A DNA stretch of 39,505 nucleotides from an uncultured Candidatus Saccharibacteria bacterium (GCA_964633405.1 CAZWFV010000002.1:1-39505); one strand, 5' to 3'; positions 7,071-15,807 are shown, numbered from the stretch's first letter. A program made the numbers and translations. Notes: generated from the letters alone by a model not told the origin.

Positions 7071-7832
7071 TTAGTAACCTATCTTCTTAAGCCAATACTC
7101 ATTCTCCCATTCCCACAGCTTCTTGGCTGCTAGAAAGGCATGATAATCCTCGTACCAGTAAGGGAATTCCCTTAACTCGACTATCCCGGTAACGTCTGAC
7201 CACTCGTGCGTCCCGGGAAGACACGCCTTGCCGTTTCTGCCGTTCTTAACTTTTTCACGGCCCCCCTTGGCCCTTCTAGTGGCTCCGCACTTCAGGCAGG
7301 TTTGCGCCTGATCTATTCTTAATATCCAACGGGTCTGCAGGTTCTTCATAGTATCCTGCAACGCAGCCATATAAGCGGAGGTCTGTAAATTGTAATCGCG
7401 GTACACCGCCTGTGACGTCTTGATGTCCAATACGCCGAACTTACCGTCGATCAACGCCAGCGAGTCTACCGTCCCGGCATAACGGTCGTTGTAGTTGATG
7501 ACCTGCTTTTCGATATAGTCTTTGTCGACCTGGATCTTCGTCTTTCCCAGGAAATCATTGAAGGCTTTGATCGACGGTTCGATCTGAGGATTGATATCAA
7601 CCTCCTCACCCTTTAGAAGAGCCTCCACGGTTTCGTGAACAAGCGTCCCTTCCTCAGCGGAGTTCTTCTTTATACTTTCACCCTCGGCATAATTGGAAAG
7701 CTCAGCGTAAAAGCGATATAGGGCTGGCTTGGCCTTTATAGACACTATGCTGGTGACCCGTGGATACCAGACCCCGTCTATAACATAACCATTGAGAGCC
7801 TTGAAGCCCTTTTCGTCGTTAACCGGATACAT
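7071..7832 (-). CDS. PD-(D/E)XK nuclease family protein with inserted Cys/His zinc-ribbon-like segment
   Basis: GTVDSLALIDGKFGVLDIKTS supplies the D...D-x-K motif and QTSAYMAAL the QxxxY motif. The insertion reads CLKCGATRRAKGG...KACLPGTHEW. Confidence 0.75.
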   Translation of the reverse strand: MYPVNDEKGFKALNGYVIDGVWYPRVTSIVSIKAKPALYRFYAELSNYAEGESIKKNSAEEGTLVHETVEALLKGEEVDINPQIEPSIKAFNDFLGKTKIQVDKDYIEKQVINYNDRYAGTVDSLALIDGKFGVLDIKTSQAVYRDYNLQTSAYMAALQDTMKNLQTRWILRIDQAQTCLKCGATRRAKGGREKVKNGRNGKACLPGTHEWSDVTGIVELREFPYWYEDYHAFLAAKKLWEWENEYWLKKIGY

Positions 7833-7847
7833 CGCCGTAAAATCGGT

Positions 7848-9185
7848 TTATTGTAGCAAGCGGTCGGTGAGTTTAATAATATCACCGGCGCCCATCATCA
7901 CCGCAACGTTAGACTTCAATCCATTCTCGTTTACGATGCCTTTCAGGAGCCCTTTTATGTTCTGAGGGGAGGGGAGATAAGTGACATCCAATTGTCGATT
8001 TCGTTTCGCTATGGCTTTGGCCAGCTTGGCTGAGTTAACGTTATGCGACGTATTATCACGGCCGTTAACCCTATAAGTATCTATCAGGATAAGCGAATCT
8101 ACATCATTGAAACTATTCCTGAAATCATCGAATAGGACTTTCAATCGATGCGATTGGTGAGGTTGGAATACGCATATCAATTGTGAACGGTGGAAGTGAT
8201 CACGAAAGGCTCGAAGCGTCGCTTTGATCTCCGTAGGGTGATGGGCGTAATCGTCGTAGATTTCAATAATATATTTGCCGGCCCTTAGCTTACCGCGATA
8301 TTCCATGCGGCGCCAGGCACCCCTATAACCCGAGATTGCTTCAAGTATATCTTCCTCGGCTATTCCCAGTACATCTCCGACCAGAGAAGCCGCTAGCGCG
8401 TTGGATACGTTGAATTCTCCATATATCTGTAAAATCTTTCTCAATTGTTTTACGCGTTTCACGTATTTTCTGCCGTTTAGACTAAACCAGACGGTCTCTT
8501 CCGGAAGTTCGTCGGCTAGGCCCCGTATTCCGGGATCGTCATAGTTGGCGATGATTACGCCGCCGTCCTTCACGTTCTCAGCGAATTCTAAGAATGCCTT
8601 CTGGACATTGCGGAGATTTTTATAGTAATCGAGGTGTTCTCGGTCAACGTTATTCAACACAAGGACGTCCGGTTCATAGTTTGCGAACGCCCGACGATAC
8701 TCGTCGGCCTCAATCACCAGATACCCGCACTTGCCCATCCTGAAATTAGTGTTATCGAACTCCCTTAATCTGGTGCCGACGATTACGGTCGGATCCAGTC
8801 CGCCAGCCATCAGAACCCTGGCAGCTAAGGCCGTAGTCGTGCTCTTGCCGTGCGATCCGGCCACGGCCACTGTCCGATTTTCTCTGGTTAGGGCTCCCAA
8901 GGCCTCCGGATAGCTCGAAACTGGTATCTCTAGCCGTTCAGCCTCTGCCAGTTCAGGGTTGGTCAGGGGAATGGCCTGACTGTAGATGACCAAGGCCGTA
9001 TCTGTGTCCAAGTTATTCTTATAGTGGCCAATTTTAATTTTTGCGCCTTCGCGGCGCAAATCATCGGTCATAATGCTTTCCTCGGCATCAGAGCCCGTTA
9101 CAGCCCAATTTTGAGCCAAGAAATAGCGGGCTAGGGCGCTAACGCCAATTCCGCCTATACCTATGAAATGAACCTTTAAATGCAT
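7848..9185 (-). CDS. murC: UDP-N-acetylmuramate--L-alanine ligase
   Basis: HFIGIGGIGVSALA (N-terminal Rossmann), GSHGKSTTTA (P-loop), and Mur ligase middle and C-terminal domains. Confidence 0.95.
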   Translation of the reverse strand: MHLKVHFIGIGGIGVSALARYFLAQNWAVTGSDAEESIMTDDLRREGAKIKIGHYKNNLDTDTALVIYSQAIPLTNPELAEAERLEIPVSSYPEALGALTRENRTVAVAGSHGKSTTTALAARVLMAGGLDPTVIVGTRLREFDNTNFRMGKCGYLVIEADEYRRAFANYEPDVLVLNNVDREHLDYYKNLRNVQKAFLEFAENVKDGGVIIANYDDPGIRGLADELPEETVWFSLNGRKYVKRVKQLRKILQIYGEFNVSNALAASLVGDVLGIAEEDILEAISGYRGAWRRMEYRGKLRAGKYIIEIYDDYAHHPTEIKATLRAFRDHFHRSQLICVFQPHQSHRLKVLFDDFRNSFNDVDSLILIDTYRVNGRDNTSHNVNSAKLAKAIAKRNRQLDVTYLPSPQNIKGLLKGIVNENGLKSNVAVMMGAGDIIKLTDRLLQ

Positions 9186-9202
9186 GCAGCTAATCTATAT
9201 AT

Positions 9203-9226
9203 GTCGTATAACATACATTATACGAC
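9203..9226. promoter_or_regulatory. 8-bp perfect inverted repeat in the murC upstream region
   Basis: GTCGTATA 9203-9210 / TATACGAC 9219-9226 with an 8-nt loop. It overlaps a minus-strand TATAAT (9222-9217). A second box, TATAGA (9199-9194), lies 8 nt from the murC ATG. Confidence 0.4.
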
Positions 9227-9395
9227 GATTATGATTGCTCTTAAACTGGCCTCGGGTAACGCTCCCCCGCGCTATCTGTGTACATCTCAATTTTACTACA
9301 CATGCAACTTAAGAACCATTCTTAATATGTGAATTATGAAATAGTTGGATAAGGGATTTATGCCTGCTGACTCAGGTATAGCTCCGTCGAATTAA

Positions 9396-9420
9396 TAAAA
9401 ACCGCCGTTTTTGAGGCGGC
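9396..9420 (-). terminator. intrinsic terminator of the Q/N/Y-rich protein gene
   Basis: The minus strand reads GCCGCC-TCAAAAAC-GGCGG followed by TTTTTATT, 20 nt after the stop at 9441. Confidence 0.7.
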
Positions 9421-9440
9421 GATCTTTATATTCCCCACCG

Positions 9441-10121
9441 CTAGTAGTTCAGGCACGAATTGGAGTTGATCAATCCGTTTAACTGGCTCTGCAACGTGCT
9501 GAGCTGGGATTGAACGTAACCATAATTCCCATAATAGTACTGACCGTAGCCAATCTGATTCTGTAGCGTCTGAAGCTGACCGGATATCGAGTTGAGCTGA
9601 GACTGGACGTTTCCGTAGCTGCACGGACTATTTACATAATTCTGCAACGAGGTCAACTGACTAGATATCGAGTTGAGCTGAGACTGCATATCGCTATAGT
9701 TCCAATACTGGCTGTAGCCGTTCTCGTCGGAATCCAAGTGGCCTTGCACGTTCTGAATCTGATTCGTTATCGAATTGAGCTGAAACTGCGCATTGCCGTA
9801 ATTCCACGGATTGGAATTAATTACCGACTGTATCGAGCTCACCTGACCGTTCAGAGAATTAATCTGATTCTGCAGGTAGCTGTAGTCGTACTGGTAGTAC
9901 TGGGTATACTGATAGACGCTTACAGACGGGTACTGTATGGATTGCGGAGGCTGCGGGTAATAATAAGAGGAACCGTTCTGGTAATAGTACGAACTATTCC
10001 AGTTCCATGAATTATAGCCACAACCGTAGCCGTAACATTGGGCATTGGCCGCCGGTACGGTCCCCACAATCATAAAGATCCCTATAACTGCTATAAGCAG
10101 GGGTAAGAAATATTTCTTCAT
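9441..10121 (-). CDS. secreted Q/N/S/Y-rich repeat protein (226 aa from ATG 10121)
   Basis: A signal/TM segment (KKYFLPLLIAVIGIFMIVGTVPAANA) is followed by five ~20-aa units of type xQSQLNSISxQLxxLQNxI, separated by Tyr/Gly/Asn linkers. Paired Cys lie near both ends. Confidence 0.75.
   Translation of the reverse strand: MKKYFLPLLIAVIGIFMIVGTVPAANAQCYGYGCGYNSWNWNSSYYYQNGSSYYYPQPPQSIQYPSVSVYQYTQYYQYDYSYLQNQINSLNGQVSSIQSVINSNPWNYGNAQFQLNSITNQIQNVQGHLDSDENGYSQYWNYSDMQSQLNSISSQLTSLQNYVNSPCSYGNVQSQLNSISGQLQTLQNQIGYGQYYYGNYGYVQSQLSTLQSQLNGLINSNSCLNY
9583..9686. repeat. intragenic DNA repeat (81-nt period) inside the Q/N/Y-rich gene
   Basis: The 23-nt perfect copy GATATCGAGTTGAGCTGAGACTG occurs at 9583-9605 and 9664-9686. 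A degenerate copy lies at 9766-9788. Confidence 0.9.
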
Positions 10122-10134
10122 ATTATTAAGGATC

Positions 10135-10256
10135 ACCCTTAGCCGCCAGTCGATTGCAGCTAAGAGTAACCATCAGGTTTACCCTTAGCTGTTCGACTTA
10201 GGGCCTTGCGGCCACAGCTGACTACCCCAGTTATAGAACGGGCTATTGGGGTAGTC
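10135..10256 (-). promoter_or_regulatory. structured leader upstream of the Q/N/Y-rich gene
   Basis: Minus-strand order: a 10-bp hairpin (10256-10247 / 10229-10220), GGCC-GCAA-GGCC (10213-10202), and an 8-bp helix CAGCTAAG/CTTAGCTG (10191-10184 / 10164-10157). The duplicated 9-mer GCTAAGGGT (10189-10181 and 10143-10135) allows alternative pairing over the SD-like AAGGGTGA. Confidence 0.35.
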
Positions 10257-10267
10257 AATACTCTCCC

Positions 10268-10639
10268 CTATCTCAGGTTAAATATGTCGTAGAAAAGCCC
10301 CTCGTCCTCCGGATCGATTGCTCCATACTTGTTGATCGCGACCTGTTCTTTCTTGGCTGCGAGATAGATGAGAAGAATCACGTTAACTCCCGAAATCAGC
10401 AGCAACAATAACCAGTAAGCACTTTGCCCTATATCGTGTATTCTCCTTACACATAGCGCGATGCCCAGCAATAACGCAAGAATTAGTAGAACCAATAGAG
10501 CAAGGTCAGAGATTAAACTGTTTGGGATTATGGAGTAGATCGTAAATACGGATGCGCCGAAGATAACTACCAGAATTATCCCCAAAATGAAATTTTCTCT
10601 GCCTATCCTCCCCAAAAACAGATTCTTGATCCAACTCAT
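10268..10639 (-). CDS. DUF805 family inner-membrane protein
   Basis: RRIHDIGQSAYWLLLLLI is the DUF805 signature. Three to four TM helices. Confidence 0.85.
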   Translation of the reverse strand: MSWIKNLFLGRIGRENFILGIILVVIFGASVFTIYSIIPNSLISDLALLVLLILALLLGIALCVRRIHDIGQSAYWLLLLLISGVNVILLIYLAAKKEQVAINKYGAIDPEDEGLFYDIFNLR

Positions 10640-10646
10640 AATTGAT

Positions 10647-10808
10647 TTATATCTTGGTCAGTAAGAATTTAAGGATGGCTATGATGTACTGGAGTATCTG
10701 TATGAACATCTGGATAAGCGTTACGGCTATGCTTTTGGCAGGTCCGATAAGATTGGAACCCTGCGAGATCAAGTTATTCGTTAGAGTCTGCAGGCCTTGG
10801 TAGTCCAT
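10647..10808 (-). CDS. small hydrophobic protein, 53 aa (below the ORF-track cutoff)
   Basis: Hand translation gives MDYQGLQTLTNNLISQGSNLIGPAKSIAVTLIQMFIQILQYIIAILKFLLTKI. A TACAAT box (10821-10816) lies 7 nt upstream of the ATG. The ORF fills the gap between the M23 peptidase and DUF805 genes. Confidence 0.45.
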   Translation of the reverse strand: MDYQGLQTLTNNLISQGSNLIGPAKSIAVTLIQMFIQILQYIIAILKFLLTKI

Positions 10809-10871
10809 TTGACGTATTGTACTACAAATAGTCTCCCAAGTTAAGGCCGTCCGGCAATTACGGAGTGAATC

Positions 10872-12167
10872 TTACGGTAGATAATTCATCGGATTAACCG
10901 TAACCCCTATGGGCACCATACCTGCTGCGGCAAAGTATTTTAGCGATACGCTGGGCGCCCAATATACCCCGAAATGTACGTGTGGACCAGTAGCATCCCC
11001 CGTCTCTCCCGAATAGCCTATTAAGTCGCCCCTTTTCACCTGTTGACCCACCGTCACAATTTGCCTGGAAAGGTGTGCGTATATCGTCGCTAGATTATCC
11101 GGGTGCTTTATCATGATGTATTTACCGTACTGAAGGCGGCCGTTATTCCCCACCGCATATATTATCCCATCGTCTGCGGCAAATACCGGTGTGCCGATGG
11201 GAACCCCCAGATCTACTCCGTTATGGAAGTGGGTCGCATAAGCTTCCTCAGCGAACTTGGTCGCTCCGTACCCCTGTGTTATTACAACGTTCGTCACTGG
11301 ATAAGACAACGTTCCAGGTATGGAAGGCGGCAGGACGTTGGAGTTGAAGTTAGCCCTTAGCTTGGACTCCAGGTCAAGTATCTCTTGCCCTATTTGGTCG
11401 CGTTGCATATTGAGTGACGTCAGTTGTGCTTGATAAGCGCTCTCACTGTCCTTGGTTTGTTGAAGTAAGGTTGCCTTTTGCGATTTCTCATCCAGGATAA
11501 TGAGTTGCTGATTGGTGGCATTCTTGTAAGCCAAATCAATGGACGCTTTCTTCTGGTTGGTAGTATCTATGGTCTGGGACAGCGAGGAGGACAAAGAGGT
11601 CATATTATCAATATTTTCTCGCAACTTATCTTTAAGGTTCTGCAGATTCTGCAGCTGCTGCACGCTATCAGAGAGATCGCCGTTTCTGAGAATAATTGCC
11701 AGTAAGTCTTGATTATTGTCCGATGTCTGCAGCTCTCTTAAAATCTCCGCTATCGCCGCCTGGCCGTTTGTAATCGCATCTTCTGTCTGAGTAAGCTGAG
11801 CGTCCAAACCCTGGAGTTCTAGGGACAACTCTTGAGCCTGGAGTTCATTAGCTTTTATAGACAATTCTAGCCGGTTTATCGTGTAGTTAAGACTAGTTAT
11901 GTTGTTGTTTAAGGTGTTCTTCTGCTTATTAACCGCATCAATCTGAGCTTGTGCGGCCGCTATCTGGTTGTTAAGGGCCGTTAGCTCCTGGCTTTTTTGG
12001 GTGATTTGCTGGTTGAGCGTATCGGTGCTTGTGGCGACCTCAGAAGAAGACGTGGCGGTTTGAGTTGTTTGAGCTGTGACTTGCGTGGGTGTAATTAACC
12101 AGGCAAACGAGAACACTGCCAGAACAATGAGGTAGATAGACGACCGTGTCCTTGCCTGTTTGAGCAT
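10872..12167 (-). CDS. M23 family metallopeptidase with N-terminal coiled coil (EnvC-like architecture)
   Basis: A signal peptide and ~250 aa of Q/L/N-rich heptad-like sequence precede the M23 motifs HNGVDLGVPIGTPV and GPHVHFGV. Confidence 0.92.
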   Translation of the reverse strand: MLKQARTRSSIYLIVLAVFSFAWLITPTQVTAQTTQTATSSSEVATSTDTLNQQITQKSQELTALNNQIAAAQAQIDAVNKQKNTLNNNITSLNYTINRLELSIKANELQAQELSLELQGLDAQLTQTEDAITNGQAAIAEILRELQTSDNNQDLLAIILRNGDLSDSVQQLQNLQNLKDKLRENIDNMTSLSSSLSQTIDTTNQKKASIDLAYKNATNQQLIILDEKSQKATLLQQTKDSESAYQAQLTSLNMQRDQIGQEILDLESKLRANFNSNVLPPSIPGTLSYPVTNVVITQGYGATKFAEEAYATHFHNGVDLGVPIGTPVFAADDGIIYAVGNNGRLQYGKYIMIKHPDNLATIYAHLSRQIVTVGQQVKRGDLIGYSGETGDATGPHVHFGVYWAPSVSLKYFAAAGMVPIGVTVNPMNYLP

Positions 12168-12175
12168 GATTGTTA

Positions 12176-13570
12176 TTATCTGGCCTTGGCTATGGCATTA
12201 TCGATCCGGCGCAGGCTTTCGGTTTTACCTAGAGCTTCCATTATCTCAAACGGTCCAGGCGACGTCTTGCTACCGGATAGAGCAACTCTCAACGGCCAGA
12301 AGAACTCTCCCCTATTCCCTTCCGGAGCGAGCGGGGAAAGTACATTTTCTAATTTACCCTTGTTGAAATCGCTGTCGGGAATTTTGTTAAGCACGGTCAA
12401 CGCCGATTCCAGATTTAAGGCTACCTGCGACAGTTGCATATCTTTCCATATAAGCAGGCTCGGCTCATAGTCCGGCAGTTTGAAAAAAAACTCTACCAAG
12501 CCGCCGATATCAGACAGCTTTTTGACCCGGCCAGATATGGTCGACATCATCGCGGGGGTAAGCGTCCAATTCTTAGGTATGAACGGTCGTGAAGTCTCAA
12601 TCAACTCTGACAGACTAAGCTTACTTATATAATGGCTGTTCAGCCAATCCAGTTTGTCTATATTGAATACGGCACCCGACTTTTGGACTCTGCTTAAGTC
12701 GAATTCATCGATAATATTGGTTAGAGACATCTCATCCTTGTCCTCTTTCGGGTGCCAACCCAGGAAAGATATGAAATTTACCATGGCTTGGGCCAGGTAA
12801 CCTTTATCGCGATAATAGCGCAAGGCGACATCGGATACGCGTTTGGACATCTTGCTGCGATCCGGATTGAGGATGAGCGGTAAATGCGCAAACTGGGGTA
12901 TATTCAGACCCATAGCCTCTGCCAGGACAATCTGCTTAGGGGTATTTGATAAATGCTCCTCCCCTCTTATAACGTGCGTTATGTCCATCAGCGCATCGTC
13001 TACCACTACCGCGAAGTTGTACAGCGGCTGATCTATATCCTTGGCAATTATTATGTCTCCGGCCAGAGACATATCGAATCTTATATGTCCCCTAATCGTA
13101 TCAGTGAAAGACACCTTTTTCTCGGGAACCTTGAAACGGATGACGTGGCCATCGCCCGCATCCAGACGCTTGGTCACATCTTCTTTCGAAAAGGAACGGC
13201 ATCGTCCGGAGTATTTAGGGGGCAGACCCTGGGTGATCATAGCCTGTCTTTCGGCCTCGAGGTCTTCCTTGGAGCAGAAGCAATAGTATGCCTTGCCGTC
13301 GTCAATCAGTTTTTTCAGGTATTCGTGGTATATACCGATGCGGTCCATCTGTCGATAGAATTCATCCCAAGTTATGCCTAACCAGGACAGTCCGTCCACT
13401 ATATCCGCCTCCGATTCGGGGGTTGAGCGTTCCCTATCGGTGTCCTCCATCCGGAGGATGAAGTGACCATCCTGCGATTTAGCGTAAAGCCAGCTAAACA
13501 GAGCAGTACGGGCGCCTCCAATATGCAGTGGCCCCGTAGGAGAAGGAGCAAACCTAGTTCTTACTACCAT
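12176..13570 (-). CDS. gltX: glutamyl-tRNA synthetase
   Basis: RFAPSPTGPLHIGGARTALF (HIGH motif) and KMSKR (KMSKS motif). Confidence 0.95.
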   Translation of the reverse strand: MVVRTRFAPSPTGPLHIGGARTALFSWLYAKSQDGHFILRMEDTDRERSTPESEADIVDGLSWLGITWDEFYRQMDRIGIYHEYLKKLIDDGKAYYCFCSKEDLEAERQAMITQGLPPKYSGRCRSFSKEDVTKRLDAGDGHVIRFKVPEKKVSFTDTIRGHIRFDMSLAGDIIIAKDIDQPLYNFAVVVDDALMDITHVIRGEEHLSNTPKQIVLAEAMGLNIPQFAHLPLILNPDRSKMSKRVSDVALRYYRDKGYLAQAMVNFISFLGWHPKEDKDEMSLTNIIDEFDLSRVQKSGAVFNIDKLDWLNSHYISKLSLSELIETSRPFIPKNWTLTPAMMSTISGRVKKLSDIGGLVEFFFKLPDYEPSLLIWKDMQLSQVALNLESALTVLNKIPDSDFNKGKLENVLSPLAPEGNRGEFFWPLRVALSGSKTSPGPFEIMEALGKTESLRRIDNAIAKAR

Positions 13571-14711
13571 AACCTCCTAATTCTAGGACGATTTTGGTTA
13601 GATTTAAAGCGGCTTCCGGCCTTGAAAAAGCCTTGGCTGCCTTGCTCATTTGGCTGAGCTTCGGCCGCGATTGCAATAACTTATCTATCTCGATCAGTAG
13701 CCGGTCATCCATCTTATCCTGAGGGATGAACATAGCGGCTCCGGTCCGGCAATACTCTTCGGCGTTCTTGGTCTGGTGATCATTCGCCGCTACATCAGGA
13801 GGAAGGGGTATGAGAATGGAGGGCTTGCCGAAAGCAGCCAGTTCGAAGATACTGCCGCCGCTGGCGCGACTGACGACCAAATCGGATGCTATCAAGGCTT
13901 CGCGTAGATCATTCTTGAAATATGAGACTGGACGATAACGATTTAGGAGATCCTCGTTGATACTATGCCGCGTGGATTCCAATCTGCTTAACACTTCGTC
14001 GTAATTGGCCACCCCCGTCTGATGCAGGACTTGAGTCAGATTAAGGAGTTGGGAGAGATGTTCCAGCACGAAATTGTTTAATGCGGCGGCTCCCTGCGAC
14101 CCGCCCATTACGACTATAAGAGGCAGAGAGGAGTCGAATCCGAGGAAGCCCTTATTTTTGCTTATAGATTCTTGATCAAGATCGTTGATCAGATAGCGCC
14201 TTATCGGGTTGCCGGTCAGGATCACCTGTTTGTTCGGAAAGTATAGAGCTACCGACTCGAAAGAGGTAGCGATCACTTGGGCATACTTGGCGGATATGAG
14301 ATTGGTAAGGCCGGGCACCGAATCGGACTCATGAATTATCACTGGTATCCGGTAGAATCTTGCAGTGAGGACAACCGGCAGAGCCCCGGGTCCGCCTTTG
14401 GACAGCAGTACGTCGGGCATATACCAGAGCATCTTGAAAACAGCCTGAAGAATACTATAGGCGAACTTCGGTACATCTACGAAGTTCATTATCGAAAAAT
14501 ACCTCCTGAGCTTGCTGTCCGCGATGCGCCACGCTTTCAGGCCATTTATCTCCAGCAGGCTTTTGAACGGGCCGTAAGCGCCCAGGTATCGGATCTCAAG
14601 ATCAATGTTGCTCTCGGCGGTTATGATTTGCAGCTCCGCTGCGACCGAAATCAAGGGATAGATGTGCCCCCCGGTACCGCCGCCGGTCATTAGCACCCTT
14701 AGCTTACGCAT
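13554..14711 (-). CDS. murG: UDP-N-acetylglucosamine--N-acetylmuramyl-(pentapeptide) pyrophosphoryl-undecaprenol GlcNAc transferase
   Basis: VLMTGGGTGGHIYPLISV is the N-terminal G-loop. GT28 two-domain layout. The 3' end overlaps the gltX start by 17 nt. Confidence 0.95.
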   Translation of the reverse strand: MRKLRVLMTGGGTGGHIYPLISVAAELQIITAESNIDLEIRYLGAYGPFKSLLEINGLKAWRIADSKLRRYFSIMNFVDVPKFAYSILQAVFKMLWYMPDVLLSKGGPGALPVVLTARFYRIPVIIHESDSVPGLTNLISAKYAQVIATSFESVALYFPNKQVILTGNPIRRYLINDLDQESISKNKGFLGFDSSLPLIVVMGGSQGAAALNNFVLEHLSQLLNLTQVLHQTGVANYDEVLSRLESTRHSINEDLLNRYRPVSYFKNDLREALIASDLVVSRASGGSIFELAAFGKPSILIPLPPDVAANDHQTKNAEEYCRTGAAMFIPQDKMDDRLLIEIDKLLQSRPKLSQMSKAAKAFSRPEAALNLTKIVLELGGYGSKN

Positions 14712-15807
14712 ATTTGCTTATATTCAACATTATTCCGGCCATGGTCATAAATGCGGCTAGCGCCGTTCCGCCGTAGCTTATGAACGGCAACGGCACCCCC
14801 GTCAGCGGTATGAGTTGGGAAACTGCGCCTATATGCATGAAGGCTTGCACGCCGATTATCGTTGAAAAACCGACAAGCATCAATTTGCCCATAGGGTCGG
14901 CAATACGCCGGGCCAGCAATAATCCTCTGGCGACCAGTATAAAGAACAATGTGATAGTGAACACCGCCCCGATGAATCCAAACTCCTCCGCGATTATAGC
15001 GAATATGGCATCGTCCATCCTGGCCGGCAGATACTTCTTCGATATTGAGTTGCCATATCCGACTCCCCATATACTTCCTGAACCGATAGTTATGAGAGAC
15101 TGGTTAATCTGATAGGCTGAACCGTAGACGTTCGTGTTGGTCGAGGCATGAAGGTAGTTTTCTATGCGCGCCAATCGGTACGGCGTTACTAAAATTACGC
15201 CGGCTATAAAAAGTACGCCCACGGCGGCCGTCATTGCGATAAAGGTCTTTCTTGCCCCGGAGGCGAAATACACCGCGACTGCTCCGCTGAGGATTATGAT
15301 CACCGGACTGGTCGAATGTTCCAAAAGAAGCAATACAGCCACCAGGCCGCAGGTGATCCAGAAGGGCAGTAGCCCTTCCGAGAAACTTTTCTTACGGCTG
15401 TCGGCGCGGGACGAGGACAGCCAGGCCGCCAGATAAATTGTGAAAAGCAGTTTGATAACCTCTTCCGGCTGCATGGTGAATCTGCCTATGGCTATCCATC
15501 GCTGGGCTCCGCCGCTTGATATGCCTATGTGGGGTATAAAGACCGCTACCAAGAGGATGAGGGTGGTGATAAGGAAGAACAGTGCGAACTTCTTATATCG
15601 CCTGTAAGGGATAAGCAATCCGGCCAGGAAACCTACTATGCCTATACTGAAGCCGTAGACTATCTGGTGCTTTATGAAATAGTAGGTGTCGTTGAACATT
15701 GTCTTGCCCAGGTCGGACGAAGCTGAGGCAAGCATCAGGAAGCCAAAGGTTATGAGAACTATGAATGTTATCAGGATGACGTAATCGATATGACCTCGTT
15801 CGCGCAT
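14704..15807 (-). CDS. ftsW: SEDS family peptidoglycan glycosyltransferase (FtsW/RodA)
   Basis: About 10 TM helices, the conserved PARMDDAIFAIIAEEFGFIG and PLPFISYGGT motifs, and a position between mraY and murG. Confidence 0.9.
   Translation of the reverse strand: MRERGHIDYVILITFIVLITFGFLMLASASSDLGKTMFNDTYYFIKHQIVYGFSIGIVGFLAGLLIPYRRYKKFALFFLITTLILLVAVFIPHIGISSGGAQRWIAIGRFTMQPEEVIKLLFTIYLAAWLSSSRADSRKKSFSEGLLPFWITCGLVAVLLLLEHSTSPVIIILSGAVAVYFASGARKTFIAMTAAVGVLFIAGVILVTPYRLARIENYLHASTNTNVYGSAYQINQSLITIGSGSIWGVGYGNSISKKYLPARMDDAIFAIIAEEFGFIGAVFTITLFFILVARGLLLARRIADPMGKLMLVGFSTIIGVQAFMHIGAVSQLIPLTGVPLPFISYGGTALAAFMTMAGIMLNISKYA

Noticed and set aside
12953-13381. 142-aa and neighbouring plus-strand ORFs inside gltX. 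Similar antisense ORFs occur at 16580-17139 inside the amidohydrolase and at 14277-14693 inside murG.
   Set aside because: They are antisense to genes with unambiguous family motifs, and no expression signals were seen.
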